Of a stretch of DNA of 64,000 nt, positions 37,714 to 50,624 are shown one piece after another. How positions within the stretch are numbered: position 1 is the stretch's first letter; the number at the start of each line of letters is the position of its first letter. A program made the position numbers and the translations under genes. The notes under the pieces are model-generated. The model saw nothing but the letters and a program-made list of their open reading frames with translations. It did not search any database and was not told the DNA's origin. Where the stretch lies: assembly GCF_001194135.2 (NCBI RefSeq), contig NC_069003.1, positions 11,387,236-11,451,235 on the forward strand, given 5' to 3'. This DNA comes from Octopus bimaculoides (taxonomy: Eukaryota).

Positions 37714-38596
37714 TCAACTAACTCTTCTCGGCCGTGTGCCTTTGTTAGGAATCATTATTTCATTTGAGAAGGGAGCAAGCTGGCAGAATTGTGAGCATGC
37801 TGAGCAAAATGCTTAGTGATATTTCATCTGTCTTTATGTTCAGAGTTCAAATTCTGCCAAGGTCAACTTTGCCTTTCATCTTTTTGAGGTTCATAAAATA
37901 AGAACCAGTCCAGCACTAGAGTCAATATAATCAACTAGTCCCCTCACCCAAAATTCCAGGCCTCGTGCCTATAGAAGAAAAGATTATTTCATTTGAGAAA
38001 TGCATTAGCACCATGTAATCATATTGTTTCTCTACAATTTCTATAACATGAGACATTTTTCCTGTGTCGGAAATAAATCAGTTTTATGCCAAGCACATCT
38101 GTATTAAATCAATAATTTTGTATGTGTGTTTTGCATTTGTTCACTGCTGAACTTACTGACAGCAGTGACTGGTGAGTAAATACTCTTGTCTCCAGAGATA
38201 CATAAATAATTTTCAACATCATTTGCTGGTGTGAAGTTAAACAACTGATTTATATTAAAAAAAAAAGATATATAAGCTAGAAGCATGCCTGTATGGTTAA
38301 GAAACTTGTTTTTTAACTCTATGGTTAGGAAAGTGCCTTTTGCTATAGGCCTGGACCAACAAAAGTTAGACAACTAATAAAATATAATATATGTAAGTTA
38401 GATGCAGATATGGCATGTGGTTCGGGGTTCAGTCCCATGCTGTAGAGCTGAACCCAAAGAAAGTACCTACTCTATCCCTGGGACAACCAATGTTACACTA
38501 GGCTTTGATTTATAAAATTTATAAGATGTAAATCTTGGAAATCAAAGCCTAGTGAATGGATGTGGTAGACAGAAACTAAAAGAAGCCAATTGTGTA

Positions 38597-38635
<39 letters not shown>

Positions 38636-38736
38636 CGGAGTAAGCACATAAATGTGCAACAAGGTGGAAAAAAAGAGTACTCAAATAACAGAGGTAGAGT
38701 AATATGCTTTATTTAAAAGCAGCAGAAATATAACAA

Positions 38737-38782
38737 AAAACTGTGACTTGGAGTTTCACGTTCCCGTTCATCGGACAGTTTT
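38737..38782 (-). ncRNA. Type I hammerhead ribozyme motif with a U4C core variant
   Basis: AAAACUGU-CCGAUGA-ACG ggaa CGU-GAAA-CU cca AG-UC-ACAGUUUU: 8-bp stem I, 3-bp stems II and III, GUC triplet. Confidence 0.8.
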
Positions 38783-38878
38783 CTTAGAAATGGGAAAGAA
38801 ATAACAATGTATATATATACAGTAGAATAAGAAATAGAAAATTCTTGGTAATCCTTGGTACAGTATTAATGTATTTAC

Positions 38879-39012
38879 AAAAATGAATAAAAATGGCTTT
38901 TCTGATAATTTTTCCAATTTAATAATTAGATGTTTATAAGTTTACAAAGACTTATAAACATCCAATTATTAAAGTGGAAAAATTATCAGAAAACCCATTT
39001 CTATTCATTTTT
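38879..39012. repeat. 65-bp-arm hairpin with a 4-nt loop, 5' of the minus-strand HHR
   Basis: 38879-38943 is the reverse complement of 38948-39012 with about 4-5 mismatches. Confidence 0.9.
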
Positions 39013-39589
39013 TTCAAATGTGTGTGTGTGTGTGTGTGTGGGCACGCACGTGTAGCCAATCAATTCAAGGATATCCTCATTAGGAATTAATAAATCCAAA
39101 ATTTCATTGGTTTAATCTCCATCACATCAAAAGAAAATTTCTGTGTTGCAGTGTCTGCTGTAGAAAGAAAGACTGAACAGGCAAACAACTGGTGTCAGTT
39201 TAGAGCATGGAGTTTATATATCTAAACATAGCTGTGAAGCTGTTACAATAGTATTGTTAGAAGAAAATAGAGTGTATCATAGAAATAAAGGGGGAGTAAG
39301 AAGGTGTGTTAATAGCTCTTACAGCTATTACCTGAATATATGCAGCCATAGTGCATATGGGGAAGATAAGCATTCCTATATATTAGCTAATATATGGAAT
39401 GTTTAAATGTTTATCTTTGTTTACTGGAAAATGAACCTATATACACTATATGTACAGCTATTCTGGAAACAGATGTAAGGAACTATCTGCATGCCTTGTT
39501 ATTCCCTTATTTCTACCATGCACTCTAATTTGTTATAACAACTCTATTGTAACAGCTCTATAACTATGTTTAGATATATAAATTCAATG

Positions 39590-39593
39590 GTGA

Positions 39594-39625
<32 letters not shown>

Positions 39626-39850
39626 ACGATGATGATCATAATGATGACAATGATGATGATGACGATGATGATGATAATGACATCGATAATGATGATGGTG
39701 ATGATGGCAATGACAGTGATGACAACAATGATGACGATGACGATGATGTTGACAATGACAACAATAACAACTACAACGATGGTGGTGGTGGTGGAGGAGG
39801 AGGATAAAGCTAATAATGATGATTGTGATGATACTTATAATGATGATGCT
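39590..39850. repeat. Degenerate (GAT)n microsatellite
   Basis: Seen directly in the sequence. Confidence 0.9.
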
Positions 39851-40384
39851 TTTCAGAGCAGGTGGCCTGTAGAAATTAAAAAATGGCAGTAGGGGCGATG
39901 TGGGACAAGGCAGGGAGCATATAAGTTGCCATATTTAATAACATTAAGGTAGTTTGAACATATTAATTAAACTTCTCTAACACTATGGCATTGGCTAAAG
40001 AAGAATTCTATGAATGTAAACCCATTTATCTTTGCATTAATAAAGAAGGTGTGTTGGGGGGGGGGGCAAACATTTCACAAATTTTTAGGAGTTTGTGTAT
40101 GGTGGGGGAGGTGTGTGGTACTCGTCACTTTGAGAATTGTCGGTTTATTGTTTTACCGACTCCTGCTTTTTTATGTTGTCAGTATGTGTGTGTGTGTGTG
40201 TGAATGATCTACATTTCATTTAATTACCCCCTTGTCACACAAATGTTTATCTAATTACAGTAGAAGACAATATGTATATATGTGTGGGCGTGTGCATGTA
40301 TGTATGTGTATATGTATGCATGTGTGTGTCTGTGTGTATACACACACACACACATACATACATATCATCATCATCATTATAATC

Positions 40385-41460
40385 ATCATCATCATTAACA
40401 TCTGTTTTCTTTACAGGCATGGGTTGGTTACAGTTTGACAGGAGCTGACCAGCTGAAGAGCTGCCTGGGTCTCATATCTGTTTTGGTTTGGTTTCTATGG
40501 CTGGATGCCCTTCCTAATGCCAACCACTTTACAGAGTGTACTGGGTACTTTTTACATGGCACCAGTATGGGTGCTTTTTACATGGTCCCAGCACCCATGA
40601 GCTTGCAAGATTAGGTTCAGGCAGCTGAAGAAAGATGCAGGGGACATACCTCTATACAACGACAGCCACAATTTTACTTAGGTTGACACATCTTCTCAAA
40701 TACAGCAAACCGCCAGGAGTCTCAGTCCCCTGTCATCCCCCCCAACCCGTGAGACCCAACTTCTGAAGATTTTTTCTCACCACTTCCTCCTGCCTCTTCC
40801 TAGGTCTACCCCTTCCACATGTTCCCTACACAATTAGAAATTTGAATCTCTTGATGCAACTGTCTTCATTCATATCCATTACATGGCCGTACCAGTGCAG
40901 TCTTCTCTCTTGCACATTACCTTGTATACTCAGTTTTTCTCTCAAATCACTACACTCTGTCATATATACACACTGACATTATCCATCCAGTGAATTATAC
41001 TGGCTTCATTTCTTTCAAACTTTTGCATATCCTCAGTAGTCACAGCCCATGCCTCACTGCCATGTAGCATAGCTGTTTGTATACATGCATCATACAATCT
41101 ACCTTTCACTCTGAAGGAGAGGCCCTTTGTTTCTAAGAGAGGTAGTAACTCTCTGAACTTTGCCCAGCCTCTTCTTATTCTAGTAGCTATGCTTTCGGAA
41201 CAACTTCCCCCTACTAATAACTTGGTTACCTAAGTAACAAAAACTGGTTATTACTTCTAAGGATATCCCCTGACATTTGAGAGAGTCTTGTTTTGTACAT
41301 TCTTGATGTTTAATGTAACTGCATGTCTACCACATGTAAAGACTACTTTCCTTGTTAGTCTCCCAGTGATGCTGCTACACCTCTTATGAGTCCACAGCTT
41401 GCACTTGGTACACCGTATGGAGATTCTTTTGACATCTTTTCAGAGTGCCATCATTTACAG
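40385..41460 (-). mobile_element. Decayed RTE LINE 3' portion with tail
   Basis: Reverse complement of the same coding and tail segments as 46880-47680. Confidence 0.7.
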
Positions 41461-41755
41461 GTTAAAACAATGCAAAGCACATTGTCACCAGCAATGTACA
41501 ACATCTGATAGTCTGACCAATACTGCAATGCATTAAGTGTTTACAAATTCTATCCAAGGATTATTGTTATTATTACTATATTTATCCCACATTATATCGG
41601 TACAGCTCAATGCATCCTCAAAAAACTAGTTCACCAGTAAGCATCATTAGACTGTGACCAGCATAATGAAATTGGAGCTTTATTTGCATATACCAAATGT
41701 TTCCCGTACAAGTTTAAAAGATATATATATATCGTCAAATTTGCAAAACTAGAAT

Positions 41756-41815
41756 ATCATACTGATGAGGAAATGAAAAGTTTTTACCTTTCTAAGCCAG
41801 AAACGCGTCTATGAT
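41756..41815 (+). ncRNA. Minimal type I hammerhead motif with a long, partly decayed stem II
   Basis: AUCAUA-CUGAUGA-[31 nt including GAAAAGU/ACCUUUC]-GAAA-CGCG-UC-UAUGAU: perfect 6-bp stem I, intact core, palindromic ACGCGU. Confidence 0.7.
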
Positions 41816-42116
41816 TAACTAAGACTGGTTAGTTTCATTATTTTTTCTTCTTGTTTTGCCTTTGTGAGTTATAAGTATTACTATCTGTTGGAGTTTCAGC
41901 ACTTTAGCTGCTATTTCTGAACTTCGGTATGTGGTGAAGCAACTGTTGCTGATCCCTTAATTATGTTTATAAATGTATAAGAACTTTTAAATAAGTACTT
42001 CACCGATAATGGTGTTTACATACCGAAGGGCTTGGTAAAAATTATTAATTATTAATTTATTAATAAATTAATAAATTGATAATCCTTTACCCTTTTATTT
42101 GTAATACATATATATA

Positions 42117-42147
<31 letters not shown>

Positions 42148-42248
42148 GTGTGTGTATGTATACGAGGGTCAGCTGAAAAGTTAATAGGCTGAGCAAGATA
42201 CTCTAATGGAATGTGGCTNNNNNNNNNNTGTATGTATGTATGTATGTA

Positions 42249-42303
<55 letters not shown>

Positions 42304-42328
42304 ATGTATGTATGTGTGTGTGTATGTA

Positions 42329-43340
42329 TACGAGGGTCAGCTGAAAAGTTAATAGGCTGAGCAAGATACTCTAATGGAATGTGGCTAAATGAGGTTTATT
42401 TTTCAACATAGTTCCCCTTGCGTTTCACACATTTCTGCCATCAGTGTTGCAGTGCTTTGAATCCCATTGGTGAGAAATCTTTCATCCTGTTGCTCAAAAA
42501 AGTCATCAACAACAGATATAACGTCCCCATCACTGAAATAATGGTTCCCAGCCCAATGTTTTCTAATGTTGGAGAGCAGATGATAGTCTAAATCAGGAGA
42601 ATAGGGAAGATGATCAATCAGTTCAAAATCACATTCACACCCAGCAGCCATTGAAAACTTAGGATTTGTTTGCTGGAGTATTGACCTGATGAAACAAGGC
42701 CCCTTTTGTCAGTTTTTCTGGGCGTTTAGTCTTGATAGCTGTTCATAACTGCCTCAGCAAGTTGGCATGGTACTCTCCATTGATGGTGTGACCCTTTTGA
42801 AGATATTCAATAAAGACAACGCCTTTTGCATCCCCCAAAAAACTGATGTCACCACCTTCCTTGCAGATGAAACAAACTCGGCCTTCTTTGGAACAGGTGA
42901 GGAGGGTGTCTCTTTGTCTCTGGTTCAAAATGATGAACTCAGCACTCGTCCTGGGAAATGTTCAAGGAAACCAGTTGGATCTGCCTCAAACAAAGTGAGA
43001 TCTTCTTGTAATGTGATCAGCCTGGTGCACTTTTGATCAGGTGTCAGAAGGCCCAGCACCCACCGAGGAGAAACCTTCATCATGCCAAATTCATTGTGCA
43101 GAATATTCTCAACTTTCTCAAGAGATGTGTTGATGGCATTCTCTATTTCATTTATTGTCAGTTGCCTGTCATTCATCACCATGTGGTGAACACGATCAAT
43201 GTTTACCTCGGTGGTGGTATTTACAAGATGTCCAGAACTTGGGTCATCTTTAAGATTCTCCTTTCCCCTCTTAAATTCAGCTTCCTGCTTTTGCACTGGT
43301 GATAGAGCTGGAGCATCATGCCCTAATTAGCAACCATGTT
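42329..43340 (-). mobile_element. Decayed mariner (DD34D-type) element
   Basis: TIR-like TACGAGGGTCAGCTGAAAAG at 42329. Fragments: DRQLTINEI..MMKVSPRWV, DAKGVVFIEYLQKGHTINGEY, HLPYSPDLDYHLL. Confidence 0.88.
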
Positions 43341-43725
43341 CGCATGAATATTCTTGCACTCTGTCAGTTCTGACAATGAGGGTTCCAGCTGATCTGATCA
43401 ACAGAACAGCCTGCTCGTGAAATTAACGTGCAAGTGGCTGAGCATTCCACAGACATGTGTACCCTTAAAGTAGTTCTCAGGGAGATTCAGTGTGACACAG
43501 AATGGGACAAGGTCAGCCCTTTGAAATACAGGTACAACTCGTTTTTGCCAGTTGAGTGGACTTTACATTGCTCAAGACACAATGCGTTGCTGGCAATTGA
43601 ACCCACAACCTTACAGTCATGAGTCAAATACCCTTAACCACTAAGCCATGCACCTTCACTAATCCATGGATTAAAAATGAGGGAATTAAGAGGCCAGAAA
43701 TTGGGGCTCTCTTTTCTCTCTGTTT

Positions 43726-44121
43726 CTTTTACTCTTTTACTTGTTTCAGTCATTTGACTGCGGCCATGCTGGAGCACTGCCTTTTAGTCGAGCAAATCGA
43801 CCCCAGGACTTATTCTTTGTAAGCCTAGTACTTATTCTATCGGTCTCTTTTGCTGAATCGCTAAGTTATGGGGACGTAAACACACCAGCATCGGTTGTCA
43901 AGCAATGTTGGGGGGACAAACACAGACACAAACACACTCATATATATACATATACATATATACGATGGGCTTCTTTCAGTTTCCGTCTACCAAATCCACT
44001 CACAAGGCTTTGGTCAGCCCGAGGCTATAGTAGAAGACACATGCCCAAGGTACCACGCAGTAGGACTGAACCCAGAACCATGTGGTTGGTAAGCAAGCTA
44101 CTTACCACACAGCCACTCCTG
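43726..44121 (-). mobile_element. Full-length family-A SINE
   Basis: Reverse complement of 26488-26878 along its whole length. Confidence 0.9.
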
Positions 44122-44344
44122 TGTTGTGTAAAGTTGTAGAAATTTTCTGACAACCACTTCTGACTCTTTATGGAGGAATGGCAAAGAGCTGAATCCTGCC
44201 ACCACACACGTGACCTTCCAGCAGCAACCATCTCCAGCCAGGGTTTGACCATAATCTTCAATGGCTTCACATAGCCATCAGAATCGTCATTTCAATGTAG
44301 TTCAACATGAACTTGTGACGAAAGTGGTTGCATTATGTGTGCTT

Positions 44345-44534
44345 CGGACCACCTTCTGATTTTCATCAGTTTCGGTCTCGGCAACATTCTTAAAACGGAC
44401 AGACCTTCAACTCTGAAGAGGATGTAAAAATTCACCTAGAAGAGTTTTTTTGCAAGTAAAGACAGGAAATTTCTTCAGTATGAAATAATGGATCTGCACA
44501 TGAGATGGTAGAAGATACTGGAACAAAGAGTAAT
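44345..44534 (+). mobile_element. Mariner transposase C-terminal remnant
   Basis: Reads approximately PSDFH.FRS..TFNSEEDVK.HLEEFFASKD..MRW. Confidence 0.6.
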
Positions 44535-45023
44535 TACTGTAAATCCTCGAGTATAGTCTACCCTTGAGTATAATATGCAGGGGATTTTTAGCGGGGCTGT
44601 ACCTCTGAAAAACCTAAACCTTGTGTATAATATGCACCCCTTCTCTAACTTGAGTCAAGGAGGTCTATATAATGCCCTTGGTTTGTAAACATATATACGG
44701 TAACGTGCTTTATTATTATTGTATATATAACATAATGCAAACGTGTAGCTTTTTTGTGCTCTTTGCAGAAAATAAAGAAATAACAGTAATAACATCAATA
44801 AAAAATAAATATTAAGTAAATTGCCTTTATATATTTATCACCATCAGTTATAATCCCGGCATCACAAAATGCGTCTGAATAAACATTGCTGGACAGCAAA
44901 TAGAGACTCGGACATTGCTTAGAAAATAGTTTTCATTTTTAACCTCGTATATAGTACGCACTAGGGATTTTGCCCTTTAAATTTTGGGAAAAAAATGTGG
45001 ATTATACTCGAGGATTTACGGTA
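44535..45023. mobile_element. Tc1/mariner-type MITE
   Basis: Terminal inverted repeats TACTGTAAATCCTCGAGTATA / TATACTCGAGGATTTACGGTA, TA-bounded. Confidence 0.8.
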
Positions 45024-45382
45024 TATCATTGATTGAATAAATTGCTTTATGTTTAAAACTTGTCTTATTTTCACTTAAAAACTAAACAGACTTTTTGACC
45101 AACCCATTATTCATGTATATGCATGTATGTGTTCTTTTATTGTTTTATTTGTTTCAGTCGTTTTGACTGTGGCCATGCTGGAACACAGCCTTTAGTCGAA
45201 CAAACTGACCTCAGGACTTATTCTTTTGTAAGCGTAGTACTTATTCTATTAGTCTCTTTTGCTGAACTGCTAAGTTACGGGGATGTAGACACTCCAACAT
45301 TGGTTGTCAAGTGATGGTGGAGGGACAAACACAGACACACAAAAACACACACACACATATACAACGGGCTTCTTTCAGTTTC

Positions 45383-45609
45383 TTATTTGTTTATTGCCCA
45401 CAAGGGGCTAAACACAAAGGGGACAAACAAGGACAGACAAAGGGATTAAGTTGATTACATCGAATCCAGTGCGTAACTGGTACTTAATTTATCAACCCCG
45501 AAAGGATGAAAGGTAAAGTCGACCTCGGCAGAATTTGAACTCAGAACGTAACTGCAGACGAAATACCGCAAAGCATTTCGCCCGGTGTGCTAACGTTTCT
45601 GCCAGCTCA
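45383..45609 (-). mobile_element. tRNA-derived SINE (family D) nested in a family-A SINE with a 15-bp TSD
   Basis: GCTTCTTTCAGTTTC at both 45368-45382 and 45610-45624; core CCTTTCATCCTTTCGGGGT.GATAAATTAAGTACCAG. Related copies near 32300, 36218, 37335, 37775, 46480, 52903, 54510 and 54930. Confidence 0.85.
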
Positions 45610-46879
45610 GCTTCTTTCAGTTTCCGTCTACCAAATCCACTCACCATGCTTTGCTTGGCCCGAGATTATAGTAGAAGACACTTGCCCAAGGTGTCACACA
45701 GTGGGACTGAACACGGAACCATGTGGTTGGTAAGCAAGCTACTTACCACACAGCCGCTCCTGCACCTATATGTGTGTGTGTGTCTGAATGTGTTTGTTGC
45801 TTAGTTCTAGGTCAGTCGTTATCAGGTATACCTGTAATCAAATGCATTCCAGGTAAAACCGTTCATCTATTTTTCAGACATAGCATATCAAAAACTTTAT
45901 TATTTAATTTATCTTTCCTTTTTTAAGACACAAGAATGCAATTTGAAAGATTTGGCCACTAACTTTAGCAGATCAAACAACCATGTATAGAATGGCTGTT
46001 GACTCATGGTTGTATATAGTGTTTTCTTTCTGACCTTAATTTCCCGTGTGGGGTAGTTCAGTTTGACTTCCTCATTAAGCTGAACAGGCATGTCCCAGAA
46101 TATTGTAATCACATCATTGTCACAACAAGGTTAGGTGCATGTTTTTTACAAATTACATTCAGTTTTGATGTGACAGCCACTAGATATAGTCATTTACATG
46201 GTCATGTCTATGTATATCTTCTGTTGTCATGGTGACCAGGCCATTGAAAATGATGTGATTGATTTTCTTTCTTTCAGTTAATTAAGTAGGTTGTAATTAA
46301 CTATTTCAGTTTTCAGTCCAAGACTTTTTAATTATTGCTGTCTTTAATCCTTTTAATACAAATCTGGGGCCACCCTCTGGCTCTGTGATACAAACTTCCT
46401 CTTTTAAGGAGATTAAAATTTAAACTTTACATCAAAATTTCATTTTAATTTAAGTTCCAGACACCAGCTTAATAATAGTTTCAAATTGTGGCACAAGGCC
46501 AGCAATTTGGGTGGGGGGGGAGTAAGTTGATTTCATCAATCCCCACTGCTCAACTGGTACTTATTTTATCGACCCCCAAAATGATGAAAGGCAAAGTCAA
46601 CCTCAGTAGAACTTGAACTTAGAACATATAGATAGAAGAAACGCTGCTAAGTATTTTATCTAGCATGCTAACAATTCTGCCAGCTCATGCCACCTCCCCA
46701 TACACCAGCTTGAAAGAAAAACAGTGGCATCACTGGAAGATTAACAGAGAAAATAGGCTTTACATGTGGCTGACGTGCAGGTAGATTAAACACCAAGAAT
46801 GTTCAAAATACAGACTCCCTCAAATGTCAGGGGGCATCCTTAGAAGTAGTAGCAGTGATGGAGATGTTCGGAAAGCATA

Positions 46880-47680
46880 GCTGCTAGAATAAGAAGAATA
46901 AGAATGGGCTGGGCAAAGTTCAGAGAGCTACTACCTCAGTTAGTAATGAAGGGTCTCTCCCTCAGAGTGAAAGGGAGATTGTATGATATCGGTGTACGAA
47001 CAGTTAAACTATATGGTAGCGAGACATGGGCTGTCACTACTGAGAACATGTGAAGGCTTGAAAGAAATGAAGCCAGTATGCTCTGCTAGGTGGGAAATGT
47101 CAGTGTGCATATATGACGGAGTGCAAGTGATCTGAGAGAAAAACTGGGTATACAAGGCATCAGATGTAGTGTGCAAGAGAGAAGACTACACTGGTATGGC
47201 CCTGTAATGGATATGAATGAAGACAGTTGCATCAAGAGATTCAAATTTCTAATTGTGTAGGGAATATGTGGAAGGGGTAGACCCAGGAAGAGGCAGGAGG
47301 AAGTGGTGAGAAAACTCTTCCGACATTGGCCCTCACAGAGGGGATGCTAAGAGACCAAGGGTTCTGGCGGTTTGCTGTGTTTGTGAAGACACATCATGCT
47401 TAATAAAACCACGGCTGTCCTTGCATGCAAGCATGTCCCTAGCATCCCTCTTCAGCCGAACAATCCTAATCTTGCAGGATCATGGGTGCCATTCTGGTGC
47501 TGCATAAAAACAGCCACTCCACTCTGTAAAGTGGTTGGCATTAGGAAGGGCATCCAGTCATAGAAACCATGCCAAAAACAGACATGGAACCTGGGTAGCT
47601 CTTCAGCTAGTCAGCTCCTGTCAAACTGTAACCAACCCATGCCTGTATGGAAAACGGATGTTAAATGATGATGATGACAC
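46880..47680 (+). mobile_element. RTE LINE 3' end running into the abundant (GAT)n-tailed 3' UTR
   Basis: GIRCSVQERRLHWYG followed by TGGCATTAGGAAGGGCATCCAG...AACCCATG...GTTAAATGATGATG. Confidence 0.8.
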
Positions 47681-47969
47681 ATGTACCCAGGCATGCATGT
47701 TATATATATATATATATATATATATATAGATCAAAACAGTTTGATTCAAACTTCTTGGTATTCTGAGTTTCAAGCATGATGCTAATCTTCAGCCATCGGA
47801 ATTTGAATGAAGAAAGTCAAATGTTTGTTACCAGACGTTAGTCTGCAATTGGTCGAGAAAAGTCATGTGGTGTCAGTTTGATGTTGGTATTTCAGCGACA
47901 ACAATTACTTGGAAAATACCACATGGGGAACAGGAAATCGGTTGTATGTTTGGTAGGAGAAGTAGGAAG

Positions 47970-48400
47970 GAGCAGTAGATGTGCGAGTGCATACATATAT
48001 ATGCATGTATGTATGTGCTTATATATTTGTGTGTGCGTGTGGCTGTACTTATGTGAGTGTATGTGTGCATAGATGTACATTCACACATCCATGCACACAC
48101 ACATACCCATACACACACACATGTATGCATACATACATATATATGCATACACACATACATGCGTGCATGTATTTACCCATGTATATATGCATGAGTACAT
48201 GTATATGTGCATGTTTGCACATGAATGCATGCACGCATACACATATGTGCATACATACATGTACACACATGTACCCAGACATGCGTGTATATGCATACTA
48301 GTGTGTATATATCCATGTTTATGCACATGGTGAACAGATGTATATGTCCAAGCACACACATGCGCATCTATATATATACTCATGTGGTTATGTACACGGG
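47970..48400. repeat. Degenerate (TG/CA/TA)n purine-pyrimidine alternating tract
   Basis: Seen directly in the sequence. Confidence 0.85.
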
Positions 48401-48983
48401 GTGAGAGTATGCTAGCAGACAGGCATGCAGAAGCATTGGAGATTGGTGATTTGTGGTGCTGGTCATGGAGGTTAGTTGGTGACAGTGACCTTGGTGCAGG
48501 AGAGCAGCTGGTATGAAGGAAGTGTATCCGGGTTGTCAGCAGCCAGTGACTTGAAATTTACCAGAAGGTTATACCTCTGGTGACAGCAATAGGGTAGATT
48601 GTATTTCTTGTTTATGGATACTGCAGGTTGGTAGATGATATGTAGTTTTTTTCACGGAAGCAGCGCTGGTAGTTAAGGGCACCAGGTGAATATGGTGATG
48701 CCCTATCAGCAATAGTCTACTTGATGGTAGGTGTTTCATCTCGGAGGTCATGGGTTCTCCAGAGAAAGCACAACAGGGTAGTGGAGTTCTCTCTATTCCT
48801 GGATCTGAATGGGTGCATGTGCTGGGAGTACTTCCCTTGGAGTCATTGGCTGTCATACCCATATAGTTCTGGGTTCAGTCCTACTGCATAGCATCTTGGA
48901 CAAGTGTCTTCTACTATAGCCTTGGGCCAACCAAAGCTTTGTGAGTGGATTTGGTAGATGGAAACTGAAAGAAGCCCATCGTG

Positions 48984-49029
<46 letters not shown>

Positions 49030-50624
49030 TGTGTGTTTGTTCTCCACCATCGCTTGAGAACTGATGTTGGTGTAAGACCGATAGAATAAGTACTAGGCTT
49101 ACAAAAAATAAGTCCTGGGGTTGATTTCTTTGACTAAAGCATCTTTTAAGGTTGTGCTGCAGCATGGCAGCAGTCAAGTGACTGAAACAAGTAAAAGAAT
49201 GAAAGAATATATATATTTATATATGACGGGCTTCTTTTAGTTACTGTCCATGAGATCCACTCACAAGGTTGGTTTGTCTGAAACTCTTTGTAGAAGACAC
49301 TTTCCCAATGTACTGTATGGTGAAACTGAACCCAAGACCACATAGTTGGGAAGTAAGCTTCTTACTCACATAGCCATACATGTGGTTGGGTGGGAATAGA
49401 TGGAGTTGTGCTAGAAGGAGAGATAATGATAATGGAGCTAATGAGTTCACAAACCATGCTTTAAGGTAACATGTCAAAGTAGGTGAAAAGGAGAAGGCAT
49501 GGATGATGGCAGGCGGATTAGAATAGGGGCATAGATGTAGCCAGAGTGGGTTGGAGGGTTATGGAAATGAATAATAGATGAGAAAAGGGGTGGTGGTTGT
49601 GGTGGTCTTAGATAGATGGAGGTAGGAGCAATAGTCAATGGAGAGAGGGAACAATGGTAAGACTAACAAAATCCATCCTTATGTACATAGTTTATGAAAT
49701 GAAGAGAGTGTACAGCATCACCATCGCCATCATCATCATCATCACCATCATTTAACATGTTTTCCATGCTGGCATGGGTTGGAATATTTGGTAGGAGTCG
49801 GCAAACTGTAGAGCTGCACCAGGTTCCAATTGTCTGTTTTGGCAGGGTTTCTACAGCTAGATGCCCTTCCTAATGCCAGCCACTTTATAGACTATACCAG
49901 GTGCTTTTTACCTGACACTGACACAGGTGCTTTTTATGTGGCACCAGTGGGGTTGCTAAGTACCTTGCAACACAAAGACCTCTTAGTTGAGAAAGGGAGT
50001 GGAACCGAAAGAAGTGGGTGTGTGCCAGACAAGAGGTTAGAATATGATAGAGGGGCAGTGATAGTTGTCTTACTACAGAGGAGATACCTGGCCACCCAAG
50101 TAGGGCAGAAGGGAGGAGAAGGAAGATGGGAGAAAGTTAGAGAGAAAGATAGAAAGACAGTCTGAATGAGAGAGAGAGAGAAATAGGTGTTGGAGATGCA
50201 TTGGGGCCTACCCTGGGTGAACAGTGGTGGGGGGAAGGGATAAAAGGGGATGTTCCATAAGAGTGGGTGGAGATATGTTTAAAGATGGAGGGAAGACATG
50301 ACTGTAGCAAGTGCTGGTGAGGAAAATTGGAGAGGCTGGGAATGGATGAGGAAGAATGAGAGGGCATGGGGAGTGTGTGAGGATAGGCACACGAGAAAGA
50401 GGGAAGTGGAGGGATGGGGCCTGCAGCAGATGTTGGGAAGATGGGGGAGTTGTCAGAGGTCAGATATTGTGTGTGTGTGTGAGGGGAGGGCATGAGGGCA
50501 GGCGTGTATATGTGGATGGCCATGATTTCTCTTATCTTTACATATTTTCTCAAGGTACAGCAAATTGCCAGAAGTCTCAGTCCCTTGTCATCTCTGTGAG
50601 ACTCCACATCTGAAGATCATTTCT

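Noticed and set aside
41998-42035. CCGAUAA-U-GGUGU/AUACC-GAAG hammerhead-like string
   Set aside because: Three core mismatches and no clear stem I or III.
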